Shown here one piece after another: positions 17,157 through 27,774 of a stretch of 64,000 nucleotides of DNA (position 1 is its first letter; each line of letters begins with the position of its first letter). The notes below the pieces were generated by a model, which ran no database searches, had not been told where the DNA came from, and saw nothing but the letters and a program-made list of their open reading frames with translations. The position numbers and the translations under genes were made by a program. The stretch lies in NCBI GenBank assembly GCA_964517125.1, contig CAZFBD010000001.1, positions 157,790 to 221,789 on the forward strand, given 5' to 3'. Source of the stretch: an uncultured Acidimicrobiales bacterium. GTDB lineage: Bacteria; Actinomycetota; Acidimicrobiia; Acidimicrobiales; SHLQ01.

Positions 17157-18797
17157 GTGAGCAGCATTGTGGTGTCCGATCTCGACTACGCCCCGCCGGG
17201 CGCCGACTCGCTGTTCTTCGACATCAGCTTCGGGGTGTCTCCCGGGGACCACGCCGCGATCGTTGGGCCGAACGGCGTTGGCAAGAGCACGATTCTGCGG
17301 ATCCTGTCGGGTGAACTGCTGGCAGACGGAGGCGAGTTCGCCGTTGGCGGATCGTTCCTGACGATGAGCCAGGACGTGGGTATGGGACGACCCGACGACA
17401 CGCTTCGGGACATGCTGCTCGAGGTCGCACTTCCCGAGTTGCGGACTGCCGGCCAGGCGCTCGTTGCTGCCGAGAAGGCGCTTGCCGATGGGACCGACGA
17501 CGGCATGGGATACGCCGATGCACTCGCCCGATGGGGCGACCTCGGCGGGTACGAGCTCGAGGCACAGTGGGCGGCGTCCGCCGAACGGAGCGTGAAGAGC
17601 GCCGTCTCCGACTTCACCTCCAGGCGTGTGGGCGAGCTGTCGGGCGGCGAGCGAAAGCGGCTTGTGCTCGATCTGCTCCTCACCTCGGGAGCCGACGTGC
17701 TTCTGCTCGACGAGCCCGACAACTACCTCGACATTCCGACGAGGGTGTGGCTCGAGGAGCAGATTCTTCAGTGCTCCAGCACCATCCTCATGGTCAGCCA
17801 CGACCGCTCGCTTCTGGAACGCGTCGCCACGAAGATCGTCGTGCTCGAAGGCTCCGGGTGCTGGGTCCACGGTGGCTCGTACGCAACATTCCCGGCTGCA
17901 CGTGAACAGCGACAGGCACAACTTGGAGACGCGCTCAAGCGATGGAATGAAGAAGAGCGCCGGCTCCACGCCCACATGAAGGTCATGAAGGCCAGGGCGG
18001 CGCAGAACTTCAAGAACGCCACCAAGGCAAATGCGGCGGAGACCCGCTGGGAGAAGTTCGTGGCGAAGGGTCCACCGCCCCCGCCCGTGCCGGATCAGCA
18101 GATTCACGTCGGCCTGCAGGGAGCCGACAGCGCCCGGCGTGTGCTGAACCTGGTCGACGTCGCCATCGGTGACTTGTTCTTTCCCTTCTCTGACGAAGTG
18201 CACTTCGGCGAACGTCTGGGCCTCATCGGGCCGAACGGCACCGGAAAGACGCACCTTCTGCGAGCGCTCGCCGGAGAGATCGCGCCCGATGAGGGCACGG
18301 TCGGGTTGGGCCCACGAACCTCGGTGGGCACATTCACGCAGATCAACGATCGTCCCGACTTTCTCGGCCAGGAAGCCATCGAGATCGTGGGTGAGCGAGT
18401 GCACGACGAAGAGCGTTCGATGAAGGCATTGGCCCGCTACGGATTGGCCGCACACGCCCGCCAGGAGTTTGAGACACTCAGCGGTGGTCAGAAGGCGCGG
18501 CTCGAGATCCTGTGTCTCGAACTGGAGGGACACAACGTGTTGCTGCTCGACGAGCCGACCGACAACCTCGACATCGAGTCGTCCGAGGCGCTCGAACAGG
18601 CCCTCGAGAGCTTTGTCGGCACGGTCGTGGCCGTGAGCCACGACCGGACCTTCCTGCATCGGCTGGATCGCTTCGTGATGATCAATGACGATGGCGCGGT
18701 GTGGTCCATCCCGGACTACGAGATCGCCCTGAAGGCCCTGTCGAACCCCGAGGGAGTCGACCGCCTGAAGTTCGCCAAGGCACTGACGGTGTTGTGA
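17157..18797 (+). CDS. ABC-F family ATP-binding protein
   Basis: Two ABC domains (GPNGVGKST/LSGGE/DEPDNYLD and GPNGTGKT/LSGGQ/DEPTDNLD), no TM segments; start GTG 17157. Confidence 0.9.
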   Translation: MSSIVVSDLDYAPPGADSLFFDISFGVSPGDHAAIVGPNGVGKSTILRILSGELLADGGEFAVGGSFLTMSQDVGMGRPDDTLRDMLLEVALPELRTAGQALVAAEKALADGTDDGMGYADALARWGDLGGYELEAQWAASAERSVKSAVSDFTSRRVGELSGGERKRLVLDLLLTSGADVLLLDEPDNYLDIPTRVWLEEQILQCSSTILMVSHDRSLLERVATKIVVLEGSGCWVHGGSYATFPAAREQRQAQLGDALKRWNEEERRLHAHMKVMKARAAQNFKNATKANAAETRWEKFVAKGPPPPPVPDQQIHVGLQGADSARRVLNLVDVAIGDLFFPFSDEVHFGERLGLIGPNGTGKTHLLRALAGEIAPDEGTVGLGPRTSVGTFTQINDRPDFLGQEAIEIVGERVHDEERSMKALARYGLAAHARQEFETLSGGQKARLEILCLELEGHNVLLLDEPTDNLDIESSEALEQALESFVGTVVAVSHDRTFLHRLDRFVMINDDGAVWSIPDYEIALKALSNPEGVDRLKFAKALTVL

Positions 18798-19696
18798 CCT
18801 CGACGATCAGCGACAACGCCAATTTGCGAGGCGCCGGGTGGATGACCCTGGCCATGGCCGGCTACGTGTTGAACGACACGTTCATCAAGCTGGCAGCCGA
18901 CGACATGCCGCTCTTTCAGGCGGTCTTCCTGCGCGGATTGTTCGTGTCGGCGGTGCTCACGATCGCCACCATGCGGCGGGGCGAACTCGCGTTGCTCCGA
19001 ACCCGACTCAGCCGACCCATGGTCGTACGTTTCGCCATGGAAACGATCGGCACGGTGTTCTTTCTTCTGGCGCTCACGAATCTGCCGCTTGCCGGGATCA
19101 CCGCGGTCATGCAGATCGTTCCCATTGCGGTGACGTTCGCTGCCGCACGTCTCCTGCGCGAGCGCGTGAGTGTGCATCGCGTGGCTGCCGTCGTCGTTGG
19201 CTTTGGTGGCGTGTTGCTCATTCTTCGGCCGTGGTCCGACTCCTTCAGCCCATGGTTTCTTGCCGGGCTCGTCGCCGTTGGGTTGGTCGTCATTCGAGAA
19301 CTCGCAACCCGGGGCATCCCCGACGACGTGCCGTCCCTGGTGATCGCCTTGGGAACCGCCCTGTGCATCACAGCGCTCGGCCTTGGGGTCTCGGTGTTTG
19401 AGGGCTGGGCGCCGCTCGGCATGCGTGATGTCGGGGTTCTCGCACTTGCGGGAGCGTTCCTGACCGTGGGCTACATCGCGAGCGTCGTCACGGTCCGGAC
19501 CGGTGACCTGAGCTTCAGCGCTCCGTTCCGCTACACGGTCATGTTGTTCGCGATCGTTCTGCAGATCGTCGTGTTCGGTGAGGTACCCGATCTGCTCACC
19601 TTCGTCGGCAGCGCCGTCATCGTCGGTGCCGGCATCTGGTCGTTCTCCCGCGAACGGGCCGTCTCGCGGAAGCCCCGACTCAACCGCTGGACCTGA
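18794..19696 (+). CDS. DMT/EamA family transporter
   Basis: About 10 TM helices, LLRERVS and SAPFRY motifs; GTGA overlap with the ABC-F stop. Confidence 0.85.
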   Translation: MTSTISDNANLRGAGWMTLAMAGYVLNDTFIKLAADDMPLFQAVFLRGLFVSAVLTIATMRRGELALLRTRLSRPMVVRFAMETIGTVFFLLALTNLPLAGITAVMQIVPIAVTFAAARLLRERVSVHRVAAVVVGFGGVLLILRPWSDSFSPWFLAGLVAVGLVVIRELATRGIPDDVPSLVIALGTALCITALGLGVSVFEGWAPLGMRDVGVLALAGAFLTVGYIASVVTVRTGDLSFSAPFRYTVMLFAIVLQIVVFGEVPDLLTFVGSAVIVGAGIWSFSRERAVSRKPRLNRWT

Positions 19697-19746
19697 TCGC
19701 GCCCCAACCCCTGACCCGCAGATCAGCGAGCGGTACGGTGGTCGTG

Positions 19747-20703
19747 ATGTCCGACATTCCTGTACTGCGGATGGGGTCCCCGACGTTTGGCGCCGACATG
19801 ATCGGCGCGGCCGAGGATGTCGGGTTTTTCTCGGTCGTCGACCACGGTCTCGATCCCGACCTCTTCGACCGTATGCGGTCGCTGTGTGGTGAGCTCTTTG
19901 CTCTTTCCGAGCAGGCAAAGGTCCGCTTGAGAATCACGCCGGACAACTACCGCGGGTTCATCCCGCTTGGTTTCTTCACCCCCAACCGAGCGGAGGCGAA
20001 CGGCACAGCCCCAGACCGGTACGAGGGCTTCAAGCTGCATTGGGAGTGCCCTCCAGGTGCAGCAGTGGGCGCAGAGTGTGAGCTGTACGGCTCCAATCGT
20101 TGGCCCGACGAGCTTCCGGAGATGGCGAAGACGGTCGCCGAATACTGGACGGCATGTGAAGGTCTGGCCGAGACCCTTCTGCAGACGTTTGCGCCTGCGC
20201 TCCACGTGAGCACCGACGCCCTTGTGCGCTGGCACACCGAGACGCTCACGAACATGACGCTGCTGCACTACCCCAGCCAAAGTGCAGCCGATCCGGCCAC
20301 CGGCATCCATCCCCACAAGGACACGAACGTGCTGACTTTTCTGCACCCAGACCCGGTCGGCGGTTTGGAGGTTCGCGCAACCGACGGCTCCTGGATCGAC
20401 GTCCATGCCCCGGCCGACGCAATGCTTGTCAACACTGGCGAGATGCTCGAGCTCTGGTCTGGGGGCCGCTTTCCGGCCACCCCGCACCGGGTGGTCAACC
20501 GCAGCGGCCGGGAGCGCTACTCCTTCCCCTGGTTTCTCGTACCGAGACACGATGTGGTGGTCGAACCCCTCGTCGAACCTGTGCCCGGATTCGACCGCTC
20601 CCCCATGCCCGTCGGTGCACTGTCCGCCGAGGTTTGGCGGACGAATTGGGCCGACGAAAAGCCGTCCATCGCCGGCCATGATCTGGGTACCCTCGACCGG
20701 TGA
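19747..20703 (+). CDS. Isopenicillin N synthase family 2OG-Fe(II) oxygenase
   Basis: VGFFSVVDHG, LLHYP, HKD (HxD), GLEV, VNTGEML, TPHRV, RYS. TACGGT -10-like box upstream; alternative start 19738. Confidence 0.88.
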   Translation: MSDIPVLRMGSPTFGADMIGAAEDVGFFSVVDHGLDPDLFDRMRSLCGELFALSEQAKVRLRITPDNYRGFIPLGFFTPNRAEANGTAPDRYEGFKLHWECPPGAAVGAECELYGSNRWPDELPEMAKTVAEYWTACEGLAETLLQTFAPALHVSTDALVRWHTETLTNMTLLHYPSQSAADPATGIHPHKDTNVLTFLHPDPVGGLEVRATDGSWIDVHAPADAMLVNTGEMLELWSGGRFPATPHRVVNRSGRERYSFPWFLVPRHDVVVEPLVEPVPGFDRSPMPVGALSAEVWRTNWADEKPSIAGHDLGTLDR

Positions 20704-20852
20704 ACCACATCACGGAACCAGCGCGTCAGACCCCCGTCCTCGCTCAGGTCGATGTCCTCGTCGTCGGCAGCGGGCCCGGCGGATTGTCGGCGGCGATCGG
20801 TGCAGCACGAGCCGGTGCGTCGGTGATCCTCCTCCAGCGCGACGGGTTCTAG
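20700..20852 (+). pseudogene. Truncated N-terminus of an FAD-dependent oxidoreductase (50 aa)
   Basis: GTGA-coupled to the oxygenase. MNHITEPARQTPVLAQVDVLVVGSGPGGLSAAIGAARAGASVILLQRDGF* carries only the Rossmann GxGxxG motif and ends at the convergent esterase stop. Confidence 0.75.
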
Positions 20853-21769
20853 CGGCTGAAGGCGGCCTTGAGGGACGCCGCGGCTGCATTACGCGCCTCG
20901 GTGCCGCAGTCGAGCGTCATGGAGAACACCCCATGGATCACGCCGGGCACCTCGACGATCTCCACCGGAACGCCTGCGGCCGCCAAGGCGTCGCCGTACT
21001 GTCTGCCCTCGCTGCAGAGCGGATCGCACCCTGCGAGGTAGATCCACGCGGACGGTTGCCCACCGAGTTCACCGTGCATCGGAGCGACCCTTGGATCGTC
21101 TCGATCGGACGCAGCCGTGTACTGGTCCCAGAACCACCGCATGCCAGAACGTGTCAGAAAGTGACCGGTGGCGAATCGCTCGTAGCTGGGCGTGGAGAAG
21201 TCGTCGGCGACCACCGGGTAGACGAGAAGCTGATGGCGAAGCTCAATGCCCCGTCGTTTGGCCTCGATGGCGACACACGCTGCCAGGTTCCCGCCGGCGC
21301 TGTCTCCACCCACGGCCACACGGGATGCGTCGATCCCGAGTTCGACCGCATTCGCGAGCACCCATTCGGTCGTTGCCATGCAGTCGTCGAACGCGGCCGG
21401 GAACACGTGCTCGGGAGCCAGCCGGTAGTCAACAGACACGACGACACACTCGCCTGCCGCTGCAAGGTGGCGGCCCGGGAGGTCCCCTGATTCAAGGTCC
21501 CCAAGCACCCAGCCGCCACCGTGGAACCAGACGAGAACCGGGAGGTCTTCGTCAGGTGAGGGGCGATGGATCCGGATCATCAGGTCCGTGGCCGGTCCGG
21601 GAATCTGGCGATCCTCGACCGAATACACGGGGACGAGGTCGGGCGGAGCGACGCGCAGTTCCAGGAAGGCCTCGCGAGCCTCGACAGCGGTCATCTCGGC
21701 GAAGTCCTTCAACCCCATCGCCGCGTTGGCGTCGAGCACTGCTTGCACCTCGGGACGTAGATCGGTCAT
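20849..21769 (-). CDS. Alpha/beta hydrolase, HSL-family esterase/lipase
   Basis: HGGGW, DYRLAPEH, GDSAGG, CDPL, IHG. Confidence 0.92.
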   Translation of the reverse strand: MTDLRPEVQAVLDANAAMGLKDFAEMTAVEAREAFLELRVAPPDLVPVYSVEDRQIPGPATDLMIRIHRPSPDEDLPVLVWFHGGGWVLGDLESGDLPGRHLAAAGECVVVSVDYRLAPEHVFPAAFDDCMATTEWVLANAVELGIDASRVAVGGDSAGGNLAACVAIEAKRRGIELRHQLLVYPVVADDFSTPSYERFATGHFLTRSGMRWFWDQYTAASDRDDPRVAPMHGELGGQPSAWIYLAGCDPLCSEGRQYGDALAAAGVPVEIVEVPGVIHGVFSMTLDCGTEARNAAAASLKAAFSR

Positions 21770-21794
21770 GACGGGTGTCTCCTGTTCGACGATT

Positions 21795-22592
21795 TCACTC
21801 TGGGGTCACGTAGGCAGCGGTGAGCCCGCCATCGACGTTGATGTTTGCGCCCGTGACATAGGACGCTTCTACCGACGCAAGGAACAACGCGACCTGGGCC
21901 ACCTCTTCGGACTCGCCGAACCGTCCCATGGGGACATGCACAAGTCGCCGCTGCTTCTTGTCTTCCGTATCGAGAAACGACATGAGCAGTTCGGTGCGCA
22001 ACGGGCCGGGCGAGACGGCATTGACGCGGATGTTCTCCCGGGCGTGGACAACGGCCAACTCGCGGGTGAGGGCGAGTACCGCTCCCTTCGAGGCCGTGTA
22101 GGCGATCTGGGGCGCGGCGGCCCCCACCGAAGCGACGAACGAGGCCGTGTTGACGATCGCTCCCCCGCCGCGTCGCCGCAGCGCTGGGATGCCGTGCCGA
22201 CAGCCGAGCAGAACTCCTCGGACGTTGATGTCGAGCGTGCGCTCGATGATGTCGTCAGCGGTGCTCACGGCGTCGTCGTCGCCCGCAAGCATGACCCCGG
22301 CATTGTTGAAGAGAATGTCCAGACCGCCGTAGGTAGATTCGGCCAAGTCGACCAGCTGCTTCATCTGGCTGTCGTTCGTGACATCCACGGTTGTTGCGAC
22401 CGCTCGACCGCCCTGGTCGATGATCTGCTGAGCCGTGGCATCGTTTGCCTCGGTCACGATGTCTGAACACACCACCGCGCAGCCCTCGTTCGCGAATCTG
22501 TGTGCGGTCGCCCGTCCCACTCCGCCGCCCGCACCGGTGATGATCGCAACCTTGTCGTGAAGGCGAGGCGTGGTTGTTGCTGCAGAACTCAT
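21795..22592 (-). CDS. SDR family oxidoreductase
   Basis: TGAGGGVG, NNAG, YTASKG, NAVSPG. Confidence 0.9.
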   Translation of the reverse strand: MSSAATTTPRLHDKVAIITGAGGGVGRATAHRFANEGCAVVCSDIVTEANDATAQQIIDQGGRAVATTVDVTNDSQMKQLVDLAESTYGGLDILFNNAGVMLAGDDDAVSTADDIIERTLDINVRGVLLGCRHGIPALRRRGGGAIVNTASFVASVGAAAPQIAYTASKGAVLALTRELAVVHARENIRVNAVSPGPLRTELLMSFLDTEDKKQRRLVHVPMGRFGESEEVAQVALFLASVEASYVTGANINVDGGLTAAYVTPE

Positions 22593-22652
22593 GACGCGAA
22601 CCTAGCCGCCCACGTCTGAAGCTTCGCTCCCGAGAGGGTCTACGATCTGGCG

Positions 22653-23798
22653 ATGTCCGGTCGACTCGTCCTTCCCGATTTCGTCCTCGAGACCTACTTC
22701 TCGAAGTGGGAGTTCGTGGCCGAACATCATCTGACGGCGTCGGACGCCGAGTCCATGACCATCGGTGACGTGCTGGCGCTCGATGACGATCCGATCGACA
22801 TCAACGAGGTGCACCTCGGCTACACGCCGACCTGGGGAACCGAGCCTCTGCGAGAGGCGATTGCGGGAACCTACGAGACGCTCGAGCCACAACACGTGCT
22901 CGGATTCGCCGGCGCAGGTGAAGCGCTGTTCTGGGCGATGCAGCTCTTCGTGGAGCCGGGCGACCACGTCATCGTCAATGTCCCCAACTACCAGTCGATC
23001 GAATCGATCCCCCTGGCGACAGGAGTCGACGTCGAAGGCTTGCCGCTGTGGACGGGCAGTGGCGCCGACCTGCAATGGACCCTCGACCTCGACCGCTTCG
23101 CTGCGATGCTTCGACCCGAGACCTCGTTGGTGTCGGTCAACTTTCCCAACAACCCGACGGGCTTCGTGCCGGATCATGAGACGTGGGCCACGTTCAATGC
23201 GCTGTGCCACGAGCGCGGCGTACGGGTGGTCAGCGATGAGGTGTACCGCGGCGTGGAGACCGATCCGTCCCGCACCCTCGCTGCGGCGGCCGACATCAAT
23301 CCGTCGGCGCTCACGGTTTCGGTGATGTCGAAGGCGTATGGACTACCCGGTCTGCGAATCGGCTGGATCGCAACGCAGGACACCGGCGCCCTCTCTCAGC
23401 TGGAACGGGCCAAACACTACACAAGCATCTGCAACAGCGGTCCGAGCGAAGCCATCGCGACGGTCGCACTACGGAATGCCGACACGATTCTGGAACGCAA
23501 CCGCTCGCTCGTGGCCTCCAACGATCTGGCGGTCCGCTCGTTCATGGACCGTCACGCCGATCTCTTCGACTACCGGTCGCCCGACGGAGGGTGTGTGGCA
23601 TTCCCGCGGTGGCTCGGCGAGGGCGACGCGTCCGAGTTCTGCGTTCGAGCCGTCGAGCAGGATGGCGTGCTCCTGCTTCCGAGTTCCGTGTACACGTCGA
23701 CGCTGGCCCAGGTGCCCACCGACCATTTCCGCATCGGGATCGGCCGCACCACGGTTCCCGAGAGCCTGATCGCGCTGGAAGGACACCTGAACCGATGA
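22653..23798 (+). CDS. Class I/II PLP aminotransferase
   Basis: NFPNNPTG, SDEVY, SKAYGLPGLRIGW. Confidence 0.88.
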   Translation: MSGRLVLPDFVLETYFSKWEFVAEHHLTASDAESMTIGDVLALDDDPIDINEVHLGYTPTWGTEPLREAIAGTYETLEPQHVLGFAGAGEALFWAMQLFVEPGDHVIVNVPNYQSIESIPLATGVDVEGLPLWTGSGADLQWTLDLDRFAAMLRPETSLVSVNFPNNPTGFVPDHETWATFNALCHERGVRVVSDEVYRGVETDPSRTLAAAADINPSALTVSVMSKAYGLPGLRIGWIATQDTGALSQLERAKHYTSICNSGPSEAIATVALRNADTILERNRSLVASNDLAVRSFMDRHADLFDYRSPDGGCVAFPRWLGEGDASEFCVRAVEQDGVLLLPSSVYTSTLAQVPTDHFRIGIGRTTVPESLIALEGHLNR

Positions 23799-26128
23799 AG
23801 AAGAAGCGCTTCGACAGCCATCCCGACGGCACCCCGTTCGATGGTTCCATAGGGATGACCCGACCCGAATCCACTCCGTCCTGGCCGGTCGCCAAGACCG
23901 CTCCTGAGGGTGCTCCCAACGTGGTGTTCATCGTCCTGGACGATCTCGGGTACGCCCAGCTCGGCTGCTACGGCGGCCTCGGCGGCCGGATCCAGACACC
24001 GAACATCGACCGTTTGGCCGAGCGCGGGCTCCGATACCGCAACTTCCACACCACCTCGCTGTGCTCGCCCACGCGCGCAGCGCTCCTGACCGGTCGCAAC
24101 CACCACAGCGTTGGCGTCGGGACGATCGTGGAACGAGCCACCGGATTTCCCGGCTACCACGCGCGCATCCCGAAGGACTCGGCCATGGTGCCAGCGGTTC
24201 TGAGTGACCATGGCTACGCGACCTACTGCGCCGGTAAATGGCATCTGACCCCCGACGAACACAACGGACCGACTGGTCCCTTCGACCGTTGGCCCATCGG
24301 CCAGGGGTTCAATCGCTTCTACGGCTTCCTCCCCGGCGAGACCGATCATTGGTCGCCGGATCTATGGGAAGACAACCGCCGGGTCGACGCCCCAGATGTC
24401 GAGGGTTACCACCTCACAACCGACCTTGCGGATCACGCAATCTCCTGGCTCAGCGAGCACGAGACAATCGACGACGACCGACCGTTCTTTCTGCACTTCG
24501 CGACCGGCGCTCCCCACGCTCCCCACCACGTGGGTCCGGAGTGGATCGAGCAGTATTCGGGTGTCTTTGACGCTGGTTGGGACGTGATTCACGACGAAAC
24601 CTTCGAACTCCAGCTCGAGCTTGGTGTCGTGCCCCAGGGAACCACGCTCCCTCCCCGCAACCCGGGGATTCGAGCATGGGACTCGCTCAGCCAAACCGAG
24701 CAACGTGTCTACGCCCGCCAGATGGAGGTGTACGCGGCCTTCGTCACGCACACCGACCACGAGATCGGCCGGCTCTTGGACCACCTGGACACGATGAAGC
24801 GCGCCGATGACACGCTGATCGTGTTCCTGAGCGACAACGGCGCGTCGGCCGAGGGTGGACAGCACGGGCTCAGCTCCGAGATCATCTACTTCAATGGGCT
24901 CACGGAGTCACTCGACGAAATGGAGTCTCTGCTCGACGTCTGGGGCAGCCCCGAGACGTACCCGCACTACGCAAACGGCTGGGCATGGCTCGGCAACACG
25001 CCAAACCGCTGGTACAAGTCCATGGCCCACGAGGGAGGCACGAGAGATCCGCTCATTGTGTCCTGGCCATCGCAGAACCTGGAGGCTGGAGCGGTCCGGG
25101 ATCATTTCCTTCACGCCGTCGACGTGGCGGCAACCCTGTACGAGCTGCTCGGCATCGAACCACCCAGCACGTTCGAAGGAGTGGAGCAACGTGATCTCGA
25201 AGGTACGAGCTTCGCCTCCACGCTTCATGATGGCGATGCTCCAAACGGAAAGACCCGGCAGTACTTCGAGATGTTTGCGCATCGGGCGCTGTGGGCAGAC
25301 GGATGGAAGGCGGTCACCTTGCATCACAGCCAGAATGCAGCACTCCGCATTGGTGACCCGAACTTCGAGATCCGAATGGGCGACTTCGACGGTGACCAGT
25401 GGGAGCTCTACCACCTGGCCGAGGACTTCAGCGAAGCCCACGACCTCGCCGAGCAGTACCCGGACAAGCTCGCCGAATTGCAGGCGATGTGGCTCGAGGA
25501 CGCACAGAAGTACAACGTGCTCCCGCTCGACGACCGGGTGATCGCCAGAAGCCTGGAGCCGCGTCCCAGGGTTGTCCAGAGGAAGGACCAGTACTCGTTC
25601 CGCACGCCGATTCGCCTGACGCGTGCGACGTCGCCGAGCGTGATCAACCGGAGCCATCACATCGCAGCGACGGTCGCCGTTCCAGCGGGCGGGGGCGAAG
25701 GTGTGATCATCTCGAACGGCGGTATGCAGGGTGGCTACAGCCTGTGGCTCGCCGAAGGCCACGTGTTCTACGCGTCGAACTACCTGGGCCGTACCCACAC
25801 GCTGCTGCAGTCGGCCGAACCCCATCCTGTCGGTGTGGCGTTCGATATCTCCCTCTCGTGGGTCAAGACCGGCGAGTTCGCCGGCACGGCAACCCTTTTC
25901 GTCGATGATCATCCGGTGGGTGAGATACACGTCCCGAACTCCAACCCGGTCCTGTACGCCGTGGGTGAGGGTCTGGAGATCGGCTCAGACTCGGGTTCGG
26001 CCGTACATCCTTCGTACACGTCTCCGTTCCCGTTCACGGGGACAATCCACCAGGTGGTGCTGAACACCAAGGGTCCAGAGCACGTCGACCCTGAAGCCGA
26101 GGATCGAATCGCCCGCTACATGCAGTGA
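23795..26128 (+). CDS. Arylsulfatase (Cys-type, with C-terminal extension)
   Basis: PNVVFIVLDD, CSPTRAALLTG (CxPxR), GKWH, SDNG; ATGA overlap with the upstream aminotransferase. Confidence 0.92.
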   Translation: MKKKRFDSHPDGTPFDGSIGMTRPESTPSWPVAKTAPEGAPNVVFIVLDDLGYAQLGCYGGLGGRIQTPNIDRLAERGLRYRNFHTTSLCSPTRAALLTGRNHHSVGVGTIVERATGFPGYHARIPKDSAMVPAVLSDHGYATYCAGKWHLTPDEHNGPTGPFDRWPIGQGFNRFYGFLPGETDHWSPDLWEDNRRVDAPDVEGYHLTTDLADHAISWLSEHETIDDDRPFFLHFATGAPHAPHHVGPEWIEQYSGVFDAGWDVIHDETFELQLELGVVPQGTTLPPRNPGIRAWDSLSQTEQRVYARQMEVYAAFVTHTDHEIGRLLDHLDTMKRADDTLIVFLSDNGASAEGGQHGLSSEIIYFNGLTESLDEMESLLDVWGSPETYPHYANGWAWLGNTPNRWYKSMAHEGGTRDPLIVSWPSQNLEAGAVRDHFLHAVDVAATLYELLGIEPPSTFEGVEQRDLEGTSFASTLHDGDAPNGKTRQYFEMFAHRALWADGWKAVTLHHSQNAALRIGDPNFEIRMGDFDGDQWELYHLAEDFSEAHDLAEQYPDKLAELQAMWLEDAQKYNVLPLDDRVIARSLEPRPRVVQRKDQYSFRTPIRLTRATSPSVINRSHHIAATVAVPAGGGEGVIISNGGMQGGYSLWLAEGHVFYASNYLGRTHTLLQSAEPHPVGVAFDISLSWVKTGEFAGTATLFVDDHPVGEIHVPNSNPVLYAVGEGLEIGSDSGSAVHPSYTSPFPFTGTIHQVVLNTKGPEHVDPEAEDRIARYMQ

Positions 26129-26139
26129 CGGATAGCCGG

Positions 26140-26889
26140 TCAGCCGATGGGGCTCTGTGCGGTCAGTCCGCCGTCGATCGTGAACACCGAGCCGGACACG
26201 AACGATGATTCCGGGCCAGCGAGCCACACCGCAAGGTTCGCGATGTCGTCGGGAATGCCGAGACGCCCGACCGGGTGTTTGGCGATCGCATCGTCGCGGG
26301 CTGCGGTTGGATCTTCCATGAGGTCAAAGGCGGCATCGGCCAGCGCAGTCGCAATCCACCCCGGTGCGATGGAGTTGCACCGGATGCCGTCGCGACCGTG
26401 GTCGGTAGCCACGGCCCGGGTGAGGGCATGCACTGCACCCTTTGATGCGTTGTAGACGGCCATTCCGTGGTCGGCCGTGTTGCCTGCAATGGAGCCGATG
26501 TTGATGATGGAACCGCCTCCCTGGGACTGCATGTGGAGTACGGCTGCACGCGAGCAGTTGAAGACGCCCCGCACATTCACGTTCATGACCTGGTCGAACT
26601 CGTCGTCGGTGGTCTCGGCGATGGTCTTTTCGACCTGGACACCAGCGTTGTTCACGAGGACGTCAATCCGACCGTGGTCCTCGACCGCGGCGTCGACGAG
26701 TGCGGTTGCGGCTGAGGCGTCGGACACATCGGTTTGCACCCAGCGAGCACCGGCTCCGGCCGTTGCCGGCTCCGTGCGTGATCCAAGCGTGAGCTTGGCA
26801 CCCTCTTCCCAGAATCGGTGAGCGATCGCCTCGCCAATCCCGCTGCTTGCTCCCGTGATGACGATGGAAAGGTCGTGCAATTGTCCCAT
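26140..26889 (-). CDS. SDR family oxidoreductase
   Basis: TGASSGIG, NNAG, YNASKG, NSIAPG. Confidence 0.9.
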   Translation of the reverse strand: MGQLHDLSIVITGASSGIGEAIAHRFWEEGAKLTLGSRTEPATAGAGARWVQTDVSDASAATALVDAAVEDHGRIDVLVNNAGVQVEKTIAETTDDEFDQVMNVNVRGVFNCSRAAVLHMQSQGGGSIINIGSIAGNTADHGMAVYNASKGAVHALTRAVATDHGRDGIRCNSIAPGWIATALADAAFDLMEDPTAARDDAIAKHPVGRLGIPDDIANLAVWLAGPESSFVSGSVFTIDGGLTAQSPIG

Positions 26890-26898
26890 GGGTCGAAC

Positions 26899-27774
26899 CT
26901 AGAACGCCGATGAGCCGGGAGCATCGATGAGCACCAGTCCACATTCGGCCGGAACCACGTCGGTCAGGCTCACACTTCGGCGAGCGCCCACGAGCTGCAC
27001 CAGGACGTGTGTGCCGTCGGCAAGGCGGACGAACCCCTTTGCTCGCAGAGTGGATCGCGGAAGCGCGTCGAGGAAAGACTCCAGCGTCTCACGACTCGGC
27101 GGCATTTCGAACACGTGCGTCCGGGTCGCGTGCGTGATGTGAGCTGACTTCTTGTCGGACGGCTCGAGTCGTTCGCGTGCCGCCGACAGCGGGGCGACGA
27201 GAACGTCGGTTGACACTTCGGCGTTGCGGGCGTCAAGCACTGGGGCCCTGGTCATGGCGCGGATGCGGTCATGGGTGCCTGCGAGGTGTTGATCGTCGAC
27301 CAGATCGATTTTGTTGCAGATCACGAGGTCGGCGGATCGAATCTGCAGCTCCACGACGTCGCCGACGAGATCGTCGCTCAGTCGTTCGTCGAGTGTCTCG
27401 GCGTCGACCACCGTGATGATGCCGTCGAGCTGGAATCCGGGCCCGTGGCCCCACGCAGCGATCGATGCCGGGTCGGCCACGCCGCTGGCCTCGATCACGA
27501 GGCGTTCTGGAGCGCCGGGCAGTGAGCGCACCTGTTCCAGTGCGACTCCGAACCCGTCGGTCAGGGAGCAACAGATGCATCCGTTCGTGAGGGTGATCGT
27601 GGTCTCGTCAGACGACTCCACCAGTGCGGCATCGACGTTGATCGACCCGAAGTCGTTCACGAGTACGGCGATACGGTCGGGCGTCGTGCGAAGCAGATGG
27701 TTCAACAGCGTGGTTTTGCCGGCACCGAGGTAGCCACCGAGAACCGTGACTGCAATGTCTGACGAGCTGCTCAC
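26899..27774 (-). CDS. CobW/COG0523 family metal-chaperone GTPase
   Basis: GYLGAGKTT, NDFG, NGCICC, IEASG, NKID, C-terminal LRAKG. Confidence 0.9.
   Translation of the reverse strand: MSSSSDIAVTVLGGYLGAGKTTLLNHLLRTTPDRIAVLVNDFGSINVDAALVESSDETTITLTNGCICCSLTDGFGVALEQVRSLPGAPERLVIEASGVADPASIAAWGHGPGFQLDGIITVVDAETLDERLSDDLVGDVVELQIRSADLVICNKIDLVDDQHLAGTHDRIRAMTRAPVLDARNAEVSTDVLVAPLSAARERLEPSDKKSAHITHATRTHVFEMPPSRETLESFLDALPRSTLRAKGFVRLADGTHVLVQLVGARRSVSLTDVVPAECGLVLIDAPGSSAF

Noticed and set aside
17157..18797. Antibiotic-resistance (ARE) ABC-F
   Set aside because: No leader-peptide attenuator or mobile context seen; subfamily cannot be assigned without HMMs.
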